Source: Lytechinus pictus
Taxonomy: Eukaryota
Length of the DNA: 64,000 nt
Reading direction: 5' to 3'
NCBI RefSeq assembly: GCF_037042905.1
Contig: NC_087251.1
Span: forward strand, 26,476,001 to 26,540,000
The position numbers were made by a program, and so were the translations under genes. The notes beneath the pieces were generated by a model, which was given only the letters and a program-made list of their open reading frames with translations, did no database searches and was not told the DNA's origin. Each line of letters starts with the position of its first letter. The stretch's first letter is position 1. Shown here piece after piece: positions 51,201 through 60,765 of this stretch.

Positions 51201-54200
51201 AGTTCAAAGCGCACGATATTTACCAAATTTTTGTCATAATATACTGTTACCATGGCAACACAAAATCTTGCACATCTTTAACCCAAGACCTATGTGTGCT
51301 CCATATTTCAGAAAAATTTTGTTAAAAACTGAGAAAGAAGTTCAAACTGCAAGATCTGCAGTTTGCTGAACGTCAGACCATACGCTGACGCCCCCTTCAA
51401 ACTTTGTTTGATGGGATATGAATTAAAAATGAAAAGTAAGTGAATTAAAATGCAGCAGTACTTGCATTCTGTTGTTAGGTGGATTTCTTTCTCATTCATA
51501 TTTTCTTTGATGTACACCGTAGTAATGTACATGTATATCAAGAATCAGAATTGATAAACAAGCAATATTTAAATACATCCTTCATTTATGCAAAACTGTT
51601 TTTAACATGCTTTACACACCAGCAAAATTTTGCTTACTGAAAAATTGGGAGGTCAACTGGGAGGTCATTAACCCAACCCATTTCACAGGGTTTTGCTATG
51701 TCCCCAATCCTTTCCAATCTAAATTTTCCAATCAAACAACCCTGCAATAAGTATGGGACTACCTGACACTCCAATGAAGAGTGTTTTATAGCACATCAAT
51801 TACCATACTAATATGCCTGGATATCTGTAGATTATCTCGCCCTAACAATAGTGAGGGTGAAAAGCAAGAAAGATTGGTTGAAGATAATAGGTAGCTTCAG
51901 ATTTGCGATGCATCTTCTGCGACAAAACCAATTGGACAAAATTACAGTTGCGCATTCAAAAGACAAGGAGCGGCTGTTTGCCACTAGACCATAAAATAAT
52001 GGTTTACAGAAGCTGAGTTGCAAATCTGAGTCAGATATAAAAACAGAGTATGAAAGGTACATGAATGGATCCTCCGACCTACCACCTACCAAGAAATATT
52101 TTTCATTCATTACTCCAAGTAAGCCCATTCTTACCTATCAATGATATTATATGCCTCCTCGGTTCCTAGAGTACTAAGGGCAAGCACAGCAGCATAGGTA
52201 GGGGCTAGATGGGCTATCTGTCCTGGACCACCTGTACAGTAACATGGTATACAATGTAAACTTGTTTTTACATATAGCACTTCTGGTAATTATAATTCAT
52301 ATTGTCTCATGATAAGGGTACCTCAACGATGGATTAAAACTATGTTTATGTTTGAAGAAATATATAGCATTTAAGCCGGATATTTTTCTTATTTTGCCTG
52401 ACTTTGAGATTCCATTAACATACAATTTCCAGTATTGTATCTAGTAATATGCATAAATATGAAAGAGAGATCAAAACCAGGGAATAAAACATATCAGAAG
52501 TATGCTGAATAAGTTAAACAAAGCTTGTGATGAAACATATCTACATAAACCCATTGGCTTGTACAGACATAAAATAAAAACAAACAATTCTACTTCAGTT
52601 TTTCAAATTGGAATAAGGAATATTTGGATTGGAGTGCTCCATTATAATTTCCATCCCACATTGTACAATAATGGTGTTGACTGTAAGTTGAAATTTGATC
52701 CCAGCAATTTTACCAGGATCCAGCCTCAGGAAATATCACAAGTGTTGTTTTTGGTTCTTTATGAGTGGCCAACAAGAGGAAATATACTATCCATAGAATG
52801 AGGGAACATTTCCCAATACCTTTATCTTCAAATTATGAAAAATTCAAGCAGTATTTTGTGAAATTCTTTTCTCAATAAGCACCTCAAAGTTAAAAAGTGT
52901 CTCAAGTTTTACAATTACAATTCGAATTATGGCATCCCATATGAATATCATCACAATTGAAATTACTTGACTTGGCCTGTAATTTTCAATCTATATTACA
53001 TCGCTTAAAATCATTTCCTGATTCATGATGATACCTTAAGACATGAAATAAGCAGAATGACACAAAGTCATATGTAACAAAGTATCTTAGAATTACTAAA
53101 CATTATTGCAGTACAAACACTACAGGATGGTTGTATTAATATCAGGGCCCCGTCTTACAAAGAGTTACAATTGTTCCAATCAATCGTAACTCTATGGAAA
53201 TCCATCAGTGTCATAACTTTTTCTACAGGAAATGTGCAAAATGTCCTTTGTAAACAAAGGAGAACACACCGAACTGTCAAGAAATCAATGAATTTATGGA
53301 TCTATACATTCATATCTAGAAAAAAATTTAAGCAAACATGCATTTGCTGGCTTTCCATAGTTGCGATGATCGGATCAATCGCAAGTCTTTGTAAGATGGG
53401 CCCCTGATCACTAGGTCTTTGCTTAGTTGTCACAATTTCCATAATAATTCATTATCTCCTTAATGTGGTAATGTAAAAATTATAATTTGCTGTGCATATG
53501 TTTTGAAGTTTTGTATTCTCCACTGCTCTTTACCACTGTCCACTGAATTCCTGAATTTCAGAGCTCTCATTGAGGTTTCTCAGGCTAAACTAAAATAATC
53601 ACTATGCCAGCAAATCATTTTTCAGGATCAAAATGCAGTATGGGAGAACTCAAGTTGTGGGGAAAGTGATCAAAGAATATTGTGAGCTTTCAGTTCTTAA
53701 AAAAAATTAAAATGAAAAGGATACCTCATCAGATGCCTTTACATTCAAACTTTGACCAAAGAACAGCTGAAATATTTGGGATCAATATTTGTGTGTAGTC
53801 AACATTTTTGTGCTATTGGTCATTCTCAGAAAAGTAAAACAATTTTTTTTAATTTATGTGGAAATTCAGAATCAGGCAGCTCAAGAAATATTTAGGTGCA
53901 TTAGAATAAATAATTCCCCTATTACGTTGTGTTTGTTTCTCAAAGAATTCAATGTCATTACCACGACTTATCTTTATTTGTAAGATATTAGAAAAAGATA
54001 TGAGTTTAAATTTTGATTTTTCTTACCTGCAAAGCCTCCATCAGGACATTGACATTTACCAAGGAATTGGGCAATACTGCAAAGAGGAAGAGAGACAAAA
54101 ACAAAAAATAATTATCAAAGGGGAAGCTTATCTCTTAAAATGATATGTGATATGAGGTCACCCCAAGAATATAAATGAGTAAAGTTCTCCAGGGAAAGTC

Positions 54201-57200
54201 TTCAGCCTCAAAAGGTTTTCATACAAGTAAAAGTTTGGTGAATGTTCAAAGCAAATATTCTAAGAAGTGACAGTAATTCCATGTTGAGCCTTCTTCTATC
54301 TTAAACGCTGATAAATAAGAGTTCTATTTATATTGTTCTTTACCTATTCGGACCTCACAATTAGCCCTCATGAGGGCAAGTGACTCTTGAAAAAGTGCCT
54401 TAGAAAACACAGCTGGTGATAGTGTCAAGGGCAACAAGGCAGTTGAGATGGACATCAGAGGTGATCAGCTTGCCATCTTGGTCTATCACAAGCCCTGAAT
54501 ATTTGGAATGACTCTATTAGGAATCAAACACTTAACTCAAAGGACAGGTGCTCTAGCCCTGGATTTAATAACATGCCATGTAAATATTGGTTCAAATACT
54601 TCCAGAGGTATTTGGTTATTATTAGCTTTTGCTTTAGTTCTGATGGTAATATAAAGTGTCCAGTGCATTCAAGAAATGAATCCTACCAAGACCACATTCG
54701 CAAAGGTTTGTGATGAAGATTAAACATGATAGAACAATTCTAATTGGTCCCTAGTCAGTCTTCTGAACAAAATACACACGAAGCAATGATCTGGATTGAT
54801 TATACCATCAACAACTGATTGCACATCTTTGTGTATCGACTGGTATCTCCTAATGAAATCTGATTTTAGAGAGACTAATGTGGATTTGTAAAATGAGTTT
54901 TGGAAAAGGGATACAAATAGTTTTAAGATATAAAGTAGATTTTGAGTCCTTTCTGGGCTAACAGTTAGAATTGTCTTACAAAGAGTTGTGATTACTCAAA
55001 TCAAATTCAAACTGTGTTGATCTAAAACTCATATCCCTACACTAATTTAGATCAATTGCAATTTTCATTTGATTTGAAACTAACACAAGTTTTTGTAAAA
55101 TGCTGCCAGGTTTCTATGACTATTAAACTGAACCACAAAATAATAAAAACAATGGTAATTCCACATGTTCAGGGATGAATAAATCTTTGTTTCATATGAC
55201 AATGAGGAGAAAATTAAAATATTTCATATAACGAAATAAAAAAGAAACAGTGAGTAGGTGACGTCATCTGTCCCCTTACTTGCATACCGATGAGAATGTG
55301 CATATAAATGTTTAAAGTTGAATTAAGAAGGGGGTGAGTTTAAGTTGTTCAAACAGATAGCATGTCACAAAAATCCTCTGCCTTCTCGATATTTTGCTTT
55401 GAAAGTCTATGAAATTAGCCACCTGTCAGAGCCCGAGAGACGAGTGTACAGAAAAGCCACTCGGAGTGTGACGTCACCGGGGGGAATTTAGTATAAGAGG
55501 TGCCTGAATGTCATACAGAAATGCTATGCAGAGAGAGAAAGATATTTTACAATTTTGTTTCAAAGCAACTCAAATCAAACAAATAGGACTGATATGTACA
55601 AATCTTTACTTTCCCTGTATAAAAAACAGTATGAATAGCCATCATGAACTCTTCAATCATGATGTAAGATAGCAAACAGTGAGTTATTGAATGATATTTT
55701 CACTATTTCTCATTTATTTTATCACGATGTTCAATGAAGTGAATAGCTGGAAAGTAATTCCGGCGGCTAGCTCAGCTCTCGCTCAGTGCGCGCTGAACGC
55801 ATAATACTAGTAGACACAACACCCAGGCATTGAGTGTACTGTTATGGTCTGGTACGTCGACTTAGTTCATGGCCGTGCAGCGATCCCCTGGCGTTTTTTC
55901 TTCTTTTCTTTTGTCTTTGACTCCACTTTTATATCCTCTGGATCATTTCCACTCATAGCTCATTCCACAGAACAATCTTGAACCAAACGTATTATTCTTT
56001 CTCGGCCTTCTGAGTTGTTTTCTATATTTAATTACGCTAGGGGTCACCGGCACACATACAAACGCAATTCGCAAGTGAGTTGAAGACAGAGGGATATTAT
56101 AGTAATTAGTATACATATCTATGGTTGAAGACAACAAGAAAGGTATGCGGTACGGTAGCTCGACAGCTAGCTGCGCCGGAGCGGGCGGCCGGTCGGCACA
56201 AGGCAATTCCGCAACCAACTGTGTTTTTTTGCAAGAGCCGCGTCACACGCGGATAAATATGTCATAATAACACGTCTGCTACGTTATCGACTGGTGAGAA
56301 GATCTCGATCAAATTTCATATTATTCACCTTGAAATTATTCCTTTAGGGTCTATGGTATCATTCTGAGGGAATTTACATATTTGGAATAATAGTACGGCC
56401 ACAAATATTTTAATCATTTCCTCTTTGCAAGTTCTATGGCTCGCAGATACAACTTCAACTGCAGTTATTCCATATGAAGGCGTACGTGCATAGTACACAA
56501 AGCGGCACTGCCTTGTTTACTACACCGAGACCGAATACCCCCCGGTGACGTCACACTCAAAGAACACCCGTCTCGGTAGGCATTGCAGGAGCGCGAACTC
56601 AGGGAAAATGGGTAGGGATAAATCGTTCAAATTCACTATTTTGAAAAAAGAAAATGGGGGGTCGAATCACCTCTTAGTGTTTGGGGGGTTGTAAGGTTGC
56701 TATTAATGTAAATATCTCAATATTTGGAATCGTCTTCTTAATTCAACTTTAAGCAAAACTTAAAAATGTCATTACTTTGTTATTTTACATCTGATTTTGA
56801 TGAAATTTTCAGTGTTATGCTCGTTGGATTTTTCTTTCCTTTATTCACATCAACTTTTTGTTGGGGTGGACTTGTCCTCATTTAAGAGGAGAAAACCAGA
56901 TTTGAATCTTTTGATTAACTACGTACTGTCAGTACTTACTTTGAGGACTGCTCAGGGGTAAGTTTTTCTCCTAATAGCTCCAGGCTGTGTAATATCCAGT
57001 AGCATAGCCATGGTCGACTGGCATCCAATACCTCATAGGATTCCGAGAGGTAACATAGACCTTTGTTGAGATAAGCAAGATGTTTGAAACGCTCTAAAAG
57101 AGGTCTGGGAATAAAACAGAAAACATTTAAAAATCCAGATCTGAGCTAAAAGCAAAATCTACCAATGGAAACTCTACAAGCTACAAGGCATTGGCACTGG

Positions 57201-60200
57201 AATTAAAACATGTAAAAAAAAAAGTAAAAATCTGTAGGTTTTATCAATCTAAGCATACAAGAAAAGCTTTTTTTAAAATCTATATATATGATAGAAGTGA
57301 AGAAAATTAAATACGTAATCTGGAAAGCAAAAAAAAAAAAATCATCCAGTTTTTCTGTGTACAAACCTGTGTAATCACAACACTTTTGATACAGAATGAC
57401 GTCACAGACTTGAAGCTGTTGAAAGCACAATAAAGCCTATTTTCCAAGCCTGATAATTGGAACCATTCTCAAGCAAAATACTCAGCTGGCAAGCAGTGAT
57501 AATTCACAAAACATACATTGCTGTGTTTTGTAGTTTATAAGCTATCGTTTAGTAAATGATTTGTCCATTTTACTTTTGGATCCAGTCAGGATCTTTAAAA
57601 CTGAGATATTCAGAGCATATTCATAATAATTTCAAAAGACATTTCAGAACTCTAAATCACAATCAGATTCTTGTATTATTTGAGCTACAAGCACCCTTAC
57701 CCTTTGTCCTCAGGAGCCAAATTCTTGATCCTAGCCCTGTACATGGCAAACTTGTTGTCAACTAGATTTTCAACATCTTCCTGCATGAGCAAAATAAAAG
57801 AACAATCAAAAGAATGGTCACATTTTTAAAAAAGGCTTCACCATATTGCATACCAGGTTAAATGATTATCACCAAATGTAATTCCCCATGCAAAAGAATG
57901 TTGGGTAGAATTTTCATATATTCCTGCCACTTCGGTGAGCAAATAAATAATATGCAATGGCAGGGGGAAATGCTGGTGTTTACCCATTTCATTGAACTAG
58001 ATCTTAGTCATAACATTGTGGATTTTTTTTAAACCAATGAATGGCTACCACTGAGTTTTTTGGAGGAAACCAGAGAACCAGTAAAATAAAGAAATCCAGT
58101 GTCAGTCAAAAATTTTGAATATTAACCACTTTCAGGACTAAATATACTCATTATTATTTTTACGAATGAATGCTCTACTTTCTAACCTTCCACTTCCTCG
58201 CCTCACCATTCCACTTCTAACTCAATCCACTTTTTTTATTCCTATTATTCTAGGACTATCACATGGTGTACTGTAAACCACTCCTGCGATCATCCATACC
58301 ATCGTGCAAACCTTCAAATGTACCCTGAGGTTGAGATAAGTGCACCGCCTCCAGGCAGATCAGCACAGGCAAGCAAGGAGTGAAGATGTCATGTATATGT
58401 TATTTGCCTCTGCAGGGATATACCCTGCCTACAGCTTGGAAAATAATTATAAGGACATATCCTTAAAGTAGAAGAGTGGTCAAATAATTATTTCGCAAAC
58501 TGTATAGCCCAGGCCACCCTAATGCTGAAATGTCCATAATGCATTGGAATGTAATATCAATAACTCTCTTTTGGGATGAATCACCATGCAAAGTCTAATT
58601 TTGTGTTGTAGAAAATTTCTACTTTGTATTTTATTTAAAAATTACTTAAAATCTAAACATAGATTGCAATTCATAGAAAACTACACATTAAATATTACAG
58701 TTTGAGATGGAAATCAAGATAAGTTGCAATGTTAGAGGTAATTTTTGCAAAAAATTTGATGATTTTCTTCCAGATTCTAATTAGCCTGACAAGATGATAG
58801 ATGTGCTCTCTGATGGAAGTAATCTCATGATGAATCCCCTCGCAAACTATCCGCAAAACAAGTCCACAAAAAAAATTCAAGTTGCAAGAAGTATTATCCT
58901 ACCGTAAAATATTTCTACTCATGTGCAGCAAAAATATGAAGATCGCTTCCACAGGTTCTGCATGAGGAATCTCATATTTTGTTATAAATTCAGAAAATTT
59001 TACAACTTTGTCTCTTGAAGGTCAAGTCCACCCCAGAAAATGGTTGATTTGAATAGATATAGAGAAAAATCAAACAAGCATAATGCTGACAATTTCATCA
59101 AAATCGGATGTAAAGTTATGACATTTTTAAGTTTTGCTCCTTTTTCACAAAACAGTTATATACACAACTCAGTGATATGCAAATGAGAGAGTGAGTCGGA
59201 GATGTCTCTCACTCACTATTAATTTTGTTTTTCGTTGTTTGAATCATACAAATGATACAATATTTCTATTTTTTTAAATTTGACAATAAAGACCAACTTC
59301 ACTTAACCATAAACTTTTAAAATTTAATAGTAGATCACATATATTCATGAAGGAAAAAAAATTACATGACATTGACAATGAGAAAATTAGAATCTTTCAT
59401 ATTTCATATAATAAAATACAAAAGAAATAGTGAGTGGGTCATCCGTTTGCTCATTTGCATACCAACCAGGATGTGCAAAGGTTCGTGAAATGAAGGGAAA
59501 CTTTAAAATGTCATAACTTTCTTATCTTACATCCAATTTTGATGAAATTTTCAGTGTTATGCTTGTTGGATATTTTTCCTTTTATTAAAATCAACTATTT
59601 GTTGGGGTGTTCCTGTCCTTTAATACTGCTTCGCATTTCGTTTGCTCTGAAATAAAAAACAAGCTGTCTTCTGCATGCATGCCACAATCATGATCTGCTC
59701 GCAAGTATACATAAAGATACAGATCCATATCACACTGAATTCTATCATATCTCAAACTTAAATGTTTTAATTCAAGAGACAAATTAACGACACCTCAGAC
59801 TTAAAACTTTTTCAATTTTTTTTCCTTCTCAATTTGACCAAAAGCATCGGTTTCTGTTTCGTCGGCATTCCACCAGATTACATCTTGCTTCACTAAAGTA
59901 AAAATGTATTTTTTTTCTAAGTTTCAAATCTCCTCCAAACAGACAGAATTCAGCTGTCTAAATCCAGATCATCATTCAATCAATGACAATGATGACTTTT
60001 GTGTCTTAATCTATTCTTATAGTGCCATTCATGTCATTTAATTAATATAACATTAGAACTTTAAACTTTATGAACCTTCCGGAGTACTTTCCATGTTCAA
60101 ATAAAACTGTGTCTTAATATTCATTTTAAAACATTTCGGTTATCATTGCAAAGTCAACACAATATTAAATTTTAAAAACATATCTGGCGACCACACTAGT

Positions 60201-60453
60201 TTTCTAATTAATAATGCACTGCACTATAAACTGTACACAGATCTCAACGTATGGGTCTGCACATATCTCACGAATATTAAGTCAATAAGTGTGGTATTTA
60301 TATTAAGGCTAGGATTTATCGGTTTGATTTTGACCCAAATCATCAATTACTGCCACGAACCTGTTGCTCAGATGTTGAAGTTGGAACACCATCATCAAGG
60401 AACCGCTGATTCCCAAGCCAGATTTCTTTCTCAATGCATCTAGCTGCCTCCAT
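33132..60453 (-). CDS. FNTB: Protein farnesyltransferase subunit beta, 412 aa; complement(join(33132..33224,34186..34300,35011..35080,36300..36474,37759..37888,40683..40769,50292..50375,52135..52231,54027..54076,56940..57104,57701..57780,60361..60453))
   Basis: Twelve GT-AG exons total 1239 nt with no internal stop. Motifs: LDASRPWLCYWILHSLELL, GGPGQIAHLAPTYAAV, GEVDVRGAYCA, MEAHGGYTFC, RQMRFEGGFQGRTNKLVDGCYSFWQ (Zn ligands D, C), DKPGKARDFYHTCYCLSGLS (Zn ligand H). The W-x3-W pair and the DKPGK Asp indicate FTase rather than GGTase-I beta. Confidence 0.97.
33618..33880. mobile_element. CWG-flanked MITE (Harbinger-like), copy 1
   Basis: CAGGGCCCCCGTCTTACAAAGAGTTACGATTGATC...GATCAATCGCAACTC...GGGGCCCTG; close copy at 53143-53406. 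Confidence 0.8.
34186..34300 (-). CDS. FNTB: FNTB exon 11
   Basis: ARDFYHTCYCLSGLSVAQHFLAGQLREDDVAGDPKNEL; 115 nt. Confidence 0.96.
35011..35080 (-). CDS. FNTB: FNTB exon 10
   Basis: (R)ALQEYVLLCCQYNHGGLIDKPG(K); 70 nt. Confidence 0.95.
35582..35860 (-). mobile_element. tRNA-derived SINE
   Basis: Minus strand: A-box-like TGGTCTGGTGG, B-box GGTTCGAATC, body with CCCAGGTGAGGTGAATGGGTACC, (TAT)n tail. Confidence 0.8.
36300..36474 (-). CDS. FNTB: FNTB exon 9
   Basis: RWLAMRQMRFEGGFQGRTNKLVDGCYSFWQAGVFPLIHSILSKQDDTALSMDSWMFDQ; 175 nt. Confidence 0.96.
36665..37793. repeat. ~79-bp tandem repeat overlapping the FNTB exon 8 donor, interrupted by a MITE
   Basis: Unit GACTCACTAGTAAACCYTGGAC..CATAATCTCTCATGTCAGGTGACTGATCACCTGATG...ATAATTTT, about 4.5 copies. 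Confidence 0.8.
36951..37690. mobile_element. Harbinger-like MITE with CTG TSD
   Basis: CTG|GGGCCGTATTCTGAAAA...TTTTCAGAATACCACCC|CTG; removing it restores one tandem-repeat unit. Confidence 0.85.
37759..37888 (-). CDS. FNTB: FNTB exon 8
   Basis: CQTYEGGFAGQPGMEAHGGYTFCSVAALVLLGHERLCDVQGLL|GTGAGT; 130 nt. Confidence 0.96.
38061..39195. mobile_element. Non-autonomous DNA transposon with 6-bp TSD (hAT-like termini), inside a TGACCT-rich repeat (~37975-39610)
   Basis: GGAATT|CAGAGCTTCCAA...TTGGCAGCTCTG|GGAATT; GC-rich interior. Confidence 0.8.
39640..40030. repeat. Inverted-arm repeat with ~20-bp subrepeats
   Basis: Recurrent TCGTCCA/TGGTCTA units mirrored by TAGACCA/TGGACGA units. Confidence 0.6.
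40683..40769 (-). CDS. FNTB: FNTB exon 7
   Basis: GAYCAAVSALLTNVATPDMFDGTPEWIV(S); 87 nt. Confidence 0.95.
41120..41600. repeat. TC-rich low-complexity tandem duplication
   Basis: Three copies of CTACTC(G/A)ATTATCCTCATCTTCCTCT... within (TCT/TCC)n-like sequence. Confidence 0.8.
42343..42616. mobile_element. Short MITE
   Basis: GGGCCTTTTCA...TGAAAGGGC termini with internal ATCATAATT/AATTATGAT arms. Confidence 0.5.
42651..43143 (+). other. Candidate 5'UTR exons of the nested gene (42651-42929, 43079-43143)
   Basis: tactttcAG| ... CAG|GTGAAC; ttctgcAG| ... AAT|GTAAGT; next acceptor ttgattctAG| at 43440. No frame runs through to 43533. Confidence 0.45.
43533..45887 (+). CDS. Uncharacterised 562-aa protein nested antisense in FNTB intron 6; join(43533..44097,44764..45887)
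   Basis: Two long ORFs joined in frame by a phase-1 GT-AG intron (ACAG|GTAATA ... ttcaacAG|GA). In-frame stop upstream of AAG-ATG at 43533. Contains KRKRRKPLKR and a D/E-rich C-terminus; AATAAA at 46463. Confidence 0.75.
46463..46468 (+). terminator. Candidate polyadenylation signal of the nested gene
   Basis: AATAAA about 575 nt after the TGA, following a T-rich UTR-like stretch. Confidence 0.45.
47182..48115. mobile_element. TTAA-flanked non-autonomous transposon (Kolobok-like)
   Basis: TTAA|GGACGTTGCACAGTTA...TAACTGTGGAACGTCC|TTAA; internal direct repeat AAATCCATGTCATTTTCACCAAA. Confidence 0.85.
48230..48400. repeat. (GAT)n-type microsatellite
   Basis: Degenerate GATGATGAT run. Confidence 0.9.
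48580..48812. mobile_element. Tc1/mariner MITE
   Basis: TA|CAGTTGTGCTCAAAAGTTA...TAACTTTTGAGCACCACTG|TA. Confidence 0.8.
50292..50375 (-). CDS. FNTB: FNTB exon 6
   Basis: PKLQSYLLRMKTPEGAFLMHSSGEVDV(R); 84 nt. Confidence 0.95.
50574..51428. mobile_element. Repeat with internal tandem CCATGGCAAC-containing units (Helentron-associated-like, tentative)
   Basis: Recurrent GTTACCATGGCAAC / CCCAAGA / GAAGTAGTT units about 120 bp apart; starts AACTAGAAAT and ends in a short CCC..GGG hairpin. Confidence 0.5.
52135..52231 (-). CDS. FNTB: FNTB exon 5
   Basis: (G)GPGQIAHLAPTYAAVLALSTLGTEEAYNIID(R); 97 nt. Confidence 0.95.
53143..53406. mobile_element. CWG-flanked MITE, copy 2
   Basis: CAGGGCCCCGTCTTACAAAGAG...CTTTGTAAGATGGGCCCCTG; homologous to 33618-33880. 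Confidence 0.8.
54027..54076 (-). CDS. FNTB: FNTB exon 4
   Basis: (N)IAQFLGKCQCPDGGFA(G); 50 nt, AG/GT bounded. Confidence 0.93.
55316..56748. mobile_element. TTAA-flanked element nested in a family-A MITE (host ~55110-56885)
   Basis: TTAA|AGTTGAATTAAGAAG...CTTCTTAATTCAACT|TTAA perfect 15-bp TIR; subterminal inverted pair GAGTGTGACGTCACCGGGGG. Confidence 0.85.
56940..57104 (-). CDS. FNTB: FNTB exon 3
   Basis: PLLERFKHLAYLNKGLCYLSESYEVLDASRPWLCYWILHSLELLGEKLTPEQSS; 165 nt. Confidence 0.95.
57701..57780 (-). CDS. FNTB: FNTB exon 2
   Basis: catgcAG|EDVENLVDNKFAMYRARIKNLAPEDK+GG|GTAAGG; phases 0/2 link exons 1 and 3. Confidence 0.85.
58432..58502. mobile_element. Tiny Tc1/mariner MITE
   Basis: TA|CAGCTTGGAAAATAATTAT...ATAATTATTTCGCAAACTG|TA. 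Confidence 0.65.
59019..59619. mobile_element. TTAA-type MITE family A, full length
   Basis: AGGTCAAGTCCACCCCA...TGGGGTGTTCCTGTCCT|TTAA. Confidence 0.8.
60361..60453 (-). CDS. FNTB: FNTB exon 1
   Basis: AAG-ATG-GAG start; MEAARCIEKEIWLGNQRFLDDGVPTSTSEQQ|GTTCGT; resembles human ERLQDDSVETVTSIEQ|. Confidence 0.85.
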
Positions 60454-60595
60454 CTTACAAGAAATATCGTCAGCTTCAGTTTGTGAAGTTTCAAGAAATG
60501 ATTCAAGATTCGAAGGCTGTGCATGCATGTGCGATGTGCATACGCGTTTGCTGCTACTAGCGCAAAAGCGATCTCGAGATCGCTCGAAAATGAAG
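60454..60595 (-). promoter_or_regulatory. FNTB 5'UTR/proximal promoter with an 18-bp palindrome
   Basis: CpG-rich patch directly upstream of the ATG, with AGCGATCTCGAGATCGCT at 60567-60584. Confidence 0.5.
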
Positions 60596-60599
60596 TGAA

Positions 60600-60765
60600 G
60601 ATGATGCATGATGGTGATGGTGATGATGATGATGGCGATGGCTATGGAAATACATGGCGATTTAATGATGATGATGATGATGACTGGGATGATGATGATG
60701 ATGATGATGATGGGGATGATTATGATGATGATGATGATGATGATGATGATTGATTGATTGATTGA
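60600..60765. repeat. (GAT)n/(TGAT)n microsatellite at the LINE 3' tail
   Basis: Direct reading. Confidence 0.9.

Noticed and set aside
54410..54497. Hairpin GTGATAG...CTATCAC as a pre-miRNA
   Set aside because: Large loop and CAG...CTG ends typical of the short MITEs here.
58432..58502. 21-bp stem as the 5' hairpin of an H/ACA RNA
   Set aside because: TA|CAG...CTG|TA ends with a Tc1-like TIR explain it as a mini-MITE.
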